From NCBI GenBank assembly GCA_907165135.1, contig OU015567.1:7874001-7938000 (forward strand): DNA of 64,000 nt, given 5' to 3'. The notes beneath the pieces were generated by a model, which saw nothing but the letters and a program-made list of their open reading frames with translations, searched no databases and was not told where the DNA came from. Both the position numbers and the translations under genes were made by a program. Of this stretch, positions 26,254 through 36,607 are shown in pieces; the stretch's first letter is position 1, and the number at the start of each line of letters is the position of its first letter. The DNA comes from Oikopleura dioica (Eukaryota; Animalia; Chordata).

Positions 26254-26766
26254 TTAATTTTATTTTGAGAATGCAGCGGGAAGGATTAGGTTCTTTGCAA
26301 GTTCCATCAATCATAATTTCATCCTCATATTACGCTTCTACCGGCCGGTACTAGATACTACAAAGATCAATAAAATGAAGCCCTTCGCTATTTGGTCGTT
26401 TCAGTGTAAAATTGCCGACAATCTTGCTAGAATACTAGGGACTATCACATGAAGCAAAGTATGAGAAAGTTAAAAGGACATTTTCATCTTCCAGCCTGGA
26501 AGTTCCAGGATTCATTTCGATAAGCGCTTTTGAAGCAAGAACGATATCGAGCCATTCATTGCGCGGAGGGATGTTTTTGAAATTCTCAACACGCTTCATC
26601 CTGAATCATTTTCCGCAGTATAAAAAGGCTCCCCGAAACTGAAATTTTCACCATTCAAAAAATCTTTTGCTTTTTCGCAACTGAAGACAACAACCAACAA
26701 CCCATGATGCCTTGCAAATGGATCGCTTCCACCATTGAGCTCCTCTGTGGGATCAAATGCACCAGC

Positions 26767-27072
26767 ATGGAAGAGCGCTTGGAAAGTGCGGAGACAGCGA
26801 TTGACAAACTTCAGGATCATGTCCTAGACATCGAGGAACTCAAGTCGGAAGTCGCCAAGCTCAAGAAGCGCATTCACAAATCAACTGCTGCGAAGACCAT
26901 CAGCCAGCAACAACCAAAGAAGCGAGACAACCATGGTTGGGGAGCCGCTCCTTCGGGAAAAAACCCCAAAGTCGTGGATTCAGATGATAACATCGAGGAT
27001 TTAGATGAGGATCCATCGAACGTCTGGGTTCCCGTTGAACGAGCCATAAATGCGCTTGGAAAGCAATGGTGA
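26767..27072 (+). CDS. Small hypothetical coiled-coil protein (about 100 aa)
   Basis: MEERLESAETAIDKLQDHVLDIEELKSEVAKLKKRI heptad pattern with an acidic tail; no family recognised. Confidence 0.45.
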   Translation: MEERLESAETAIDKLQDHVLDIEELKSEVAKLKKRIHKSTAAKTISQQQPKKRDNHGWGAAPSGKNPKVVDSDDNIEDLDEDPSNVWVPVERAINALGKQW

Positions 27073-27611
27073 ACACCTTCTTCCGCTCAAACTTCTGCGA
27101 AATCTGATCCGTCCTTTGAACATCTTGGAACACTTCTGGTATTGCAGAAGGGCCCTTTTTAGGGCCACAAATCCTTTCACCTGAGCTTGCTCGGTTTTAG
27201 CACTAACCAGTGGATAGTAAATACGCCGTTATATTGATGTGATGAGCCTGACTCTCAGTCACAACGAACTCGCATGATGCTTAGAATAATTATAAAAAAA
27301 CTAAATAATTAACAAATAGATACTTGTAATAATGAAAAGTACGCTATGATTTTTCGAAAGAGAATAATTTCAACGTTTGTCCTTTTTGGCGCATGACAAA
27401 ACACCAGACAAGTTCGAGTGTTTCGAGATCAGAACAAATCGACGGCGAACGAACCAGTTGAAGGGGGGGACCGAACCAGTGTCTTTCCGAGGCGCGTGAT
27501 TGGCGCGCTCCATCTCAATCGCCAAAATTAATATTTCGGTCGATTTCGCCCCCCGTTTTTTCGCTCTTATCCTTACTGCGCAAAGAAATGAGCGTTTTTG
27601 AGCGGCCTCTG

Positions 27612-27980
27612 AGTAGTATATAGAGTGGCTGTCTGTCGAGGGGTTGTGGTTCTCTGTGAATGGCTAAAACGGGTGTGCGCGAAGTTCGAAATTGGACCAA
27701 TCCTGAACCATTAGGGCGGCGGTGTACATCGAGGTCACTTCCTGTTTCTCCACCAAAGGTAAACAACTGCTCCAGTCTAAACAAACAACTTTCCCTCAGT
27801 GATTAGGGCGGCGTGTCATTTCCGGTCGCATTCTAGAGCCAATCAAAGGTAAACAATCTACACCAATCAACTTCCGGTTTCATTCTAGCGCCCATTTCCT
27901 CACTAGTCATAACAATGGTCTCACTAATCATAACAATGACCTTCAGATGAGTAAACACTCGACATAATCATAACAATGGA
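27612..27980. repeat. Candidate Maverick left terminus/TIR with subterminal repeats
   Basis: AGTAGTATATAG at 27612; about 91-bp diverged tandem unit (TTAGGGCGGC at 27711/27803, CAAAGGTAAACAA at 27754/27844); TCATAACAATG x3 at 27907, 27928, 27968; GC-box, CCAAT and TTCCGG motifs. Confidence 0.45.
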
Positions 27981-30660
27981 CACAACGACAGTGATGACGT
28001 TATCCCCCACTTGGAACAGCAGTGACCTTGACAAGGAAGACCAGAAGAGCAAACATCTGAGTTCAAACAAGGTAACCATTCCAAACTACAAAACATATCC
28101 TCACATAACTTTCAGATCCGAACATCTACTGCAGACAATGATGACAACTGCAACTACTGTTACGTAATCAATACTGTAAGATCATTACTGGAAGACCAAC
28201 AAAACTGTAATTATCCTGCCAATATAATCAAGCAATAATAGACAACCAAACAAATCAATTTCAATGCACTTTTATTCCTCAATACACTGGGAAAAAACGT
28301 ACTTTAGTTCAGTATCAAAAGCATCTGTTTATGAAATCTTCAAACATTTCGTCAAATGCAGCGTCTTTTAATATCTCGTCGACTAGCTGGTAGACTTCTT
28401 TTCGTCTTCTTTTAAAGTCGGATGGTTTCTTTGAGAACTTGTTGACTTCACGCAGGCTTGTCGATGTATCTTCTCGAGGGATGCCCATGTTTCTTCCGTT
28501 TAACCTACTTTATTCAAAGTACTTACTTTTGTTATAATTAGAATATCTCTGATAAAAAACTCGTTTACCTCTCAAGTCTCTTTTCTCTCTTGACTGTGAA
28601 GGTCTAAGTCAAGGTCTCGGTCAAGTTGTTTCCTGTTTGTCCTCTATCATCCAAACAACCGCATCTAGCAAATTCTACGCTTCAGCTACGTCTACCAAAG
28701 GTCATAACAACAATTTTTGCATTGCAGATTTTTGCTAGCATTCATAATTATTTATGATTACGCAACTTCAATCTGACCAAAGTACATAACAAAGTATTTT
28801 CCTGCAATTTTTTGACTCTCAGGCGGTTTCTTTCATGATTTCTTTATTGATATTCATTTTTACATATTCAGAAGATTCCTCTCTAGAAAGGAGCGGTGAA
28901 TTATTGTTTCATTTTATCATATTTATTAAACAGTAATATATAATAGTTTCTGATCGATTTTAAAAGATCTGCATAAGCTTATAGATTCATTTTATAATAT
29001 TTTTATTTACATTTTATCACATTAAATTATTTTGCATTATTTCATCGATCTTCGGCTTCATTTTATAATCCCACTAATTTAGCGTAATTTCATCGATTTC
29101 TTGTTTCATTTCATCTCTTTTTTTGGTTTTTGTTAAAATTTTGTGTTTTTTTTGATTTTGTGTTTTATGTGTTGTTCCTGCTCAGTGCGCGCTGCTTTTT
29201 GTAGCGCTTGTTCGCGTCATATCCGCGATAATCGGACTCGAGTTCGAATCCTCTACGTTGATCTTTCCGTTTCAACCTGGGGATTTCGTCATGACTGCTC
29301 TCTGCTTCGTCGAATGCACAATTATCAACGATCAATGCAACAGTTCCATTCTTCTCAAGAATGGGGCTATTTCATCGAAGTTGAAGTTTGTAGATTAGTG
29401 ATGATGTTTCCCAGGGCCACAATATCTGTCAATAATTCTATAAACAGGTATGCTGACCGTTGAAAATTTCACCATATACTATAGTTCAGTTTTTATGTAG
29501 ATTATGAATTTTAAAATACCACCGGCTGCATTTCTGTTTATTTGTTACTATAAGCAGACATTCAGACGGTGACATTGTAAAATAGGTGACAAAGAGTGAA
29601 TCTCTATGAAATTTGAAGTCGTTGTTGCTTTCATAAATAGTTTTTAGCCTGGTGGCGCTCGCTCACTAAAAATTTGACGGCCTCTCTTTTGCGCCTGTTC
29701 TATTGGAAATAAAATCTGACGGTCGGGTCGAGATCTTCATTCAGATTTGACAAATAAATATTTCTCAGTTTCTCTAGTGTCGTCTATGAGAGATGTGCTG
29801 TTCACTCTTTTCGATGTCGGATGCCGCCTGTACTTCGCACTCATTGTGGTAAGTTACACTGCTAATTGATCCGAGTTTATTTTATATTTTAGATTGCTTT
29901 CCTTGGAGAATTAGTAACCGAGGTGATTTTCCCTGGATTGTATGAAAGGATGTCTACAAACGAAAGCTTCTCGTCTGGTCGACTGATTGATAAATCGAAT
30001 GCATTGCTGGGTTGAATGAGAAGACGGACTGAGTGACAGCACAATCTGAACCCTATAATTATATATGTCTCCTCCAATCTAGGATGTCACAAATTTTTCA
30101 TCTTTTTTATCGCCATCTACTTTTACTTTATGCTCGGTTTTTTTTTTCTGACTTGTTTTAATGTGTATGAAAATTGTTTTTTAGAAAGATCTCGTAGTCC
30201 TTTTGTAAATATTGTACCTTTACAAGCTAAAACACTGTCAATGACTAGCGGCCTGTAGGTTTTTTTTTTAAAAAGTAATTCTGTTGCGGTTAGAAAAATC
30301 TAGTTGTACCGTGTTAGGGTTAGGTTAGGGCGTTCTTAAAAGTTCATCTCTGTACCTGTTCTGTTAAGTTCATGCATCTGGGTGCACTACAGTTTCTATT
30401 AAATTTCATTTCTGTTCACAAAACTACATGAAACTGTCACACATACACCTTAATAAAAAAGGACCCACATATTTTCTAGAGTTTGTGTTGTTTCTTAGCA
30501 AATTAGAAATTACGAGGTTATCTCAGCAAAAAAAGTTTCTAGAACTCTGGGAAGCTCCGGACTATATAAACAAGCGCGAGCTGGTCAAAAGTCAGTTTTA
30601 CAATTTGGTAAAACAAAAAAAAAACAGTTTCCGCTGCAGATTGCGCGTTGATTTTGAAAG

Positions 30661-31597
30661 ATGGTCCGATCCGCTACTCGACGAAACCAGAAGCTCGCCG
30701 CCAAGAGCGCCAAGGCAACCCCAACTACTTCGAACCCGTCGCCATCGAACGTGGTCAAACGAGAACCTCGTCGTTGGGCTGCTCGATCACCACCTCTGCG
30801 TTCCGCTCGGCCGCTCTCATCCGACGAGTGGCCAGAACTTCCACGATCTAGTTCCACCGAAGAAGCACCTCCTGCTTCGCCGATTGTCTCACCACCACGT
30901 GGGTCTGGCACACCGCGACAAAGTACGCCAAAGAAATCCGACCACCCTCAAAAACTTCGAACTGGCGTTCGAGTGTTTCAATTCGACAACATCGGTGCCG
31001 AAACCCGCCAAGCTCCTCCTCTTCCTGACCGTCCACCTGCAGTTGGAGAATCTGACGATATTTCCCTGGCTGAAACAACGTCGTTTGATAGACAGCAGGA
31101 TGCAGAAGAAACCGTCCACCTTGCAAACGACGACGAGACAAAACTTGAAGCCTTCACTTCTGGTTTTCTCTTGAAGTCCGATTTTGATGAATTTTCGTCG
31201 TTGTCCCGCTACAACGATAATGTCGTCAAATCTGATTGGTTTTTTAGACCTGTTAAAAACAGGTCTTCTCCAGAAGGGAATTGGAACTTCCCGGCCAACT
31301 GTAAGTCTTTTAATGAAGGTGTGTTCTTATTTGTATTTAGACAATCCAAAGGGATCCGCTTTCGCAAAGGCTCTTGGTTTTGCGAAACACTTCTATGCTA
31401 ACAAGATGGCGAGTCTTGATGCGCTTGAAGAAGAAATAAACTCCTGTAAACTAGGCGTCACATTGGAAACTTCACGTCTCTTATGTCCGCTTCGGGACAT
31501 TGAGCTCGCAGCTGAAGATTCTGAGAGACCCCCGAACCTAAACGACACTATCGTGGACTGCTTTATGCAAACAGCTGATCGATCTTTTTTCAATTAA
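30661..31597 (+). CDS. Accessory ORFan V1 (about 298 aa, 2 exons; S/P/R-rich N-terminus)
   Basis: Intron 31301-31340 (GTAAGT...TTTAG) joins ...NFPAN|YNPKGSAFAK...; TATATAAA about 100 bp upstream; AG directly before the ATG. Confidence 0.7.
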
Positions 31598-32083
31598 AAC
31601 TGTTTTTAATAAATTTCTGTAATTTATTAACATTAAAAATTGTAAATCATATTCAATGGTTTACTTTTCAAAATTGTTTTCTTTTTTTGACTCTGCATGA
31701 AATTCTTATTCTAGAAATTAGGCAATTAACACATTTTCGTATGTTATTTTGTTTGTTTTGATCTTTGCAGGGGGGCTCACTTCTAGAAAAATAGGTCTTT
31801 CCCTTTTTTACGAAATTGGAAGCAGATTGCGTCATTTCGCGTTTCGAGATTTCTTTTCGCCGGCTCTGCATTTTTCAAGATTTGGGTATTTCGTCAACCT
31901 AGTTTTACTGAAAGAGAATTTACTATTTCACAAGAGAATTTGCGAAGAGATTATCAGTTTGTGCCGGTGCTCTGCCTTTTATCTTATCACAGTTTCCCAC
32001 ACTTGTTTTCAGTTCAAATTGATACCGTAAAAAGGGGATGACGCCTTTTTTGGTTTATAATAACCGGGGTTTTTTCAGGGATA

Positions 32084-33678
32084 ATGTATATCCCACGTGG
32101 TGATGGCGGCGCTCCGCAGACGTTTACGGTGAGTTCCCGATCACTTGATGGTGGAAGCACTCTTGAAGAGCGCATCTCACTCGCCTCTTCTCTTCAAGGT
32201 CAATTCTTGGTTCCGACTGTCCCTCAACCGACAGCACGCCAAGTTGAGTTGAATTCTCGACAATCGACTTGCGAAAGGTTTTATTCTCCGAGTGTTCTAA
32301 TTTTAATTTTTATTTAGAGAAAACTTTCCGGAAACAACGACGATGCCTCAGAACCAGCAACCGTCCATGCCTTCCACTACCGTCGCTCCAACTGGCAGTG
32401 CCACTACGACTACCACGTCTTTTGCCGCAGGAGCTGGTGGAGCTGGTTCTTCAACCGCCTTTCCCGCTGCGCCCACCAACATCGGGGTCCACATGACTGA
32501 TGTGTCTCGAACCCGGGTCGAAAATGAAAACCAGCCGTTGATTGCTGGTGTTGGTCGAGGTGTTGGCAATCCAACCGCGGTGTCCCGATCCTCAACGGTA
32601 ATTTTAAGATACTTTCTTATTATTATTATTATTTTGATAAGGTCTGCTTTGCCACTCGTGCGTTCTGGGCAAGTTGTGCGTTTTTTGCGGCTGGCGCTTT
32701 GATTGCGCTTAGCGCATACATTTTGTACTCTACGTACAACAACTGTGTGCCCTCCGCACTTGTCAACCGCCGGGATGAGCTTTCTGTTGAGTCCCGTGAC
32801 GCTCAAATCCAGACCGATGGCATGGGCGATAACCTCGATGGCTTCAATGAAGCAATCCCCAGCGTTGGTCGAATCGCCGATGACGAGGAAGCCCAGGAGC
32901 ATGATGAGTACCGGCTTCGAACTGGTCGTCGTCGTCGCCGCGGCACTCGGGCTGTCTTTGTACACCGTAAGTTCCCGATTTGTGCAAAAAAAAAATGTAA
33001 TTTCAATTTTTAAAGCTGGTCTCTACGGTCGCGGAGTTGAAGATTCTGGAGTCGTCATGCAAAACGACTATGATGCGGAAACCAGCAGCTTTTCTGCCAG
33101 TTCCAAATGGTACAGTGGCGATTTGGACACAATTTCCAGCATTACCGACAGTAAGTTTATAATTACACATCCAGTACTAAATTGATCAATCAGTTATCAA
33201 CCGCCGACGAGCAGCTGTCACTCGGCTCTTCGAAGATGTCGACTCTTCTTCGTCTGAGGAGGACAGCGTCTACTTCATTGCCGGGCTCTTTTCCGAGCCA
33301 GAACTTGAGGGCAGCGGCAGTGAGGCGAGTGACGATCTCACTACTCCAACTCTCCCCGAGAAGGACCCTGCGATCGAGTCCCTTCCAGTTGTCTACGTCG
33401 CTGAGACTGATGGAAGCGGATCTGGCGATGATTCTCATCCTTCTGCCGGTAATTCAACTGGTTTTGTTTTTCTTTTGATTATCACTTTAGGGGATGACTT
33501 GGTGGTCGCCTCTGTCGTCCCAGACTCCAACAATTTGGAGATTTCTTCCAACACCACAACCCAAGCCAATGCCACCATCGTCTCTGAAACCGATGCGGCT
33601 GTGACTCCTGGAACCGATTTCAACACTACAGTCGGCTCTAACTCTTCCGAAGCTATGGAAATGACAGAACTCAACTAA
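32084..33678 (+). CDS. Accessory V2: single-pass type II membrane glycoprotein with polybasic site and Ser-Gly motifs (6 exons)
   Basis: Exons join in frame via GT-AG introns; TM AFWASCAFFAAGALIALSAYILY; RTGRRRRRG; EGSGSE and DGSGSGDD; NTT/NAT/NTT/NSS sequons. Confidence 0.7.
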
Positions 33679-33742
33679 GTCTGTTCAATTTGACTAGATA
33701 TAACCTACCATGGAGTTGAGCTCTAAGGGGAGATTGAGAATC

Positions 33743-33781
33743 TGAGCTACTGAAAAATGCACTGACTTTTTCAGTAGCTCA
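33743..33781. other. Perfect 15-bp-stem hairpin downstream of V2
   Basis: TGAGCTACTGAAAAA-TGCACTGAC-TTTTTCAGTAGCTCA. Confidence 0.85.
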
Positions 33782-34348
33782 TTCTTTGCGCGCCTAATTT
33801 GGGTGAGAAGCCGCGCGAAGTCTTTTCGGCTCTCTCATTGGCTCGGACTTTCCAGATTCTGTTCTTCAGAATCTCGAAAGTCTTCTAAGCTGCCAAGCGA
33901 GCGTTAAAGAGTTTTTCTAGACTTCTCCGACAGTGATTTGGGCGGGATACGGGGAAGGGGGCCAGGGGCTTTCTCCCAAAAGAGTTAAACTCCATGGTAA
34001 ATTACTCTCTCGTTCACCAAATTGTGCTTCATCCCCTCGAAATTTAATTTGATTAACATTGTTTTTGCGCCCTATTTTACACTCGCTCTCATAAATGAAA
34101 TCTTTAATATTGAAAATGTTTAATGAATCTTTAATTGAAATCATCAACCTCCTCTGATCCTACTTTTCGCCTCCTAATTTTCTCTCCAATTGTTCCTTCT
34201 CTTTTGTCAATTTATTCATGATCCACCGTCGCTTTATCAACATTCTCATTGCCGTTTTTTCTCTCCTGACATAATCTGGCCCAAAATATGTCCAATATGA
34301 AGCCACTATTACCACTCATACAGTTTTATCTTATTCAGATTTATATGT

Positions 34349-34837
34349 ATGAGAAAGCTTCGAAGAACGGTGTCACTTGATGCGATATCACTCTCGCCCG
34401 ATTCCTACGCCAGTTCATGCACAAAATCATTACCGTACTTGGATGAGTTTTCCTTCTATGGACAATCAGCCAAGTGTCCACCTCCAATGGTAAAGCCTTC
34501 TTGGATTACATATTCTAGTTAAAAATTAAGATCAAAACGACCGACAAAAACAAGAAGAAGCGTAAAAAAAGTGCCAGCTTTCCAAACTGGTACGAAAAAT
34601 CTGCCGATAATTACTTTCCGACTGTTGATGAGGTAAACTTATTTTCTTTTTCACAAATAATTTTTAATTGAGCATTTAAATACAAATCTACGACTGGCGA
34701 TGTATCTCTCGGATTCTGAATTCTTCGAATGGCGAACTCTATCCTGGATTTCATTTCAAAGGGTTTTTACGCTACCTTCTATTTTTAACCACCCGTCTTA
34801 GCTTAAATTTCTGCTTGCTTGCCTGCCTACTAACTGA
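34349..34837 (+). CDS. Accessory ORFan V3 (about 120 aa, 4 exons)
   Basis: MRKLRRTVSLDA...CPPPM|IKTTDKNKKKRKKS...TVDE|HLNTNLRL...SFQR|LKFLLACLPTN*, all phase-0 GT-AG joins; TTATTCAG 10 nt before the ATG. Confidence 0.5.
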
Positions 34838-34962
34838 TCTTTTGCTTTTGTGCTCTGCGTTGCTTGGTGAACTTTATTTTATTTTATCATAATAACCTTA
34901 CAGACATTGATTCGGATCACAGACGTTTGGCGCTATTAAGCTGACGACTCTGGAGCGACACC

Positions 34963-36460
34963 ATGGGTCGAACGAAAGGCAAGGACAGCTTTAAGAGTCG
35001 TCTTTTGCATGAAGTTGCTTCTCGGGCTAAGATCGGGTATGCAATCATTGTCGTATCGCAATTCTTATTAACATGCTTAGGGAAAAGGTTTCCCGTAAGG
35101 TAGGCAAATCGATCGCCTCGGTCATTGCCCCTAAGTCGCCAACTGAGCCACACGGTTCGCCAATTCCGAAGACGGTGAAGTCGCGTTCGCTCCTTGACGT
35201 CGCAGCCAACGAAATCCTTCAGCGCGCCATCCCTTCTTTCAACCCCCATTCTCCCAAAAACGGTAGTTCAAACAATATTTTCTTTTTGCTTATTGTTTTA
35301 GGTCGGGTCAAGAAGAGAAAGCGAGCTGTTAGTTCAGACGAGGAAGCAGTCCACGAGAACGAGCAACCGGCGAAGCGCTCCAAAGGGCTTTTTGAAAAAG
35401 CCAAGCAATGTGCCAAGGATGCCAAGCGTCGAACCATAAATTCCATCAAGGGTAAGTCTTTTAACTCGCCTTCAATTATTAATTCATATGATAGAAACGG
35501 TCAATGCCGCTCCAGCGCTCCAGGCGTCCTTGTTGATGGGAACTTACACGGCAAGCCTCTGTGTTACACCAACCGGCAAAACCCCAAAGTTCCTCGACTC
35601 CTCCGTTGTTGATTCCGATCGCCCAATCGTCGTTCCTGATAAAGGGATTTTTATCCCTTATTCGTGCTTCAAGGGTGTTTTGCCTGCGTTGCAGGCTCCT
35701 CCTGGAATGATGGCAATTGAAGATCATCAGATGCCCGTTCCGCCGCAGCAGATCCCACATTTTCACAATAGCGAGATGCAGGAGGGTCAGTTGGGAAAGC
35801 CCACTGTCGCTCAAGATCGCGACTTTGATTTCGCTCAGGGTCAGACGATTCCGGGCGTGCAATCTCCGCCCCCTTTTGGTATGTTTTGAACTTTGGCCAC
35901 AATTATTCAAATGCTTTTTAGTTCCTATTCACACCGGAACTTCGGCCTCTGCGTTCGAGCCCCGAAATGACGATTACTCTTCCGAAAAGCGGGTAAACAT
36001 TACCGTCGTTTCTACCTCTCCTCCTCCCGGCGAGACAGAGAACTTTTCGTCTGCGCGCGAATTCTCGCCCCCATTTGCAGCTGAGAAAACTTCGCCCAAA
36101 ACTGTAAAGAAGAAACCTCTTCTTTTGGCTTCGCGACGACTGGTCTTTGACTCGCCTGGCCCTTCCCCACAAGAAGATTCTGTTGATCCTGATGCGACTC
36201 TTTGCCCACAGGTCGACCTTAACGCGACTCTTCGCCCCATTCCCGAGTCGCCTACCTTTTCGATGCCCGCGTCTGGAACTAAATTCCTTCCTGCGGACGA
36301 TGGTTTTGTCGCTCCTGACGCGATCACACCTGCGTCTCACCGTGTTGTCACTGCTCAACTTCTTCGTGAGCGACGTCGTTCCTCTCCACTCGTCGTTCCT
36401 GCCTGGCAGAACTGCATTGACGAGTTGTCCAAGCGTGGACTTCCTTCTTCCGAAGAATGA
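34963..36460 (+). CDS. Accessory ORFan V4 (about 440 aa, 5 exons; basic NLS-like and S/P-rich)
   Basis: MGRTKGKDSF...KIG|EKVSRK...SPKN|GRVKKRKR...SIK|ETVNAAP...PPF|VPIHTG...LPSSEE*; GT-AG introns link track ORFs 35073, 35488 and 35717. Confidence 0.65.
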
Positions 36461-36607
36461 GAAGAAAACCGTCTGAATTTTTACTGCTTTATTCTGCATG
36501 TAATAACACGACCGTTCTCACTTATCTTTGTGTACTTTTATATTTATTATGCAGCTTTTGATTTCTACACAAGTAACTATTTGTAGATTGGATTTTTTGG
36601 TGATTTA

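Noticed and set aside
29237-29265. tRNA T-arm/B-box-like GTTCGAATCC (also GGTTCGAATC near 45760)
   Set aside because: No acceptor, D or anticodon stems can be folded around either site.
28300-29460. Minus-strand coding fragments near the putative left end (e.g. LNGRNMGIPRED...RCF*)
   Set aside because: Protein-like pieces, but interrupted by stops with no consistent exon model; possibly decayed genes.
30428-31174. 248-aa ORF overlapping V1
   Set aside because: It reads as the +1 shadow of a disordered protein and starts upstream of the TATA-like box; weaker support than the two overlaps reported.
32348-36499. Long antisense ORFs (32348-32965, 35918-36499 and others)
   Set aside because: Antisense shadows of GC-balanced low-complexity exons; no splice or start support.
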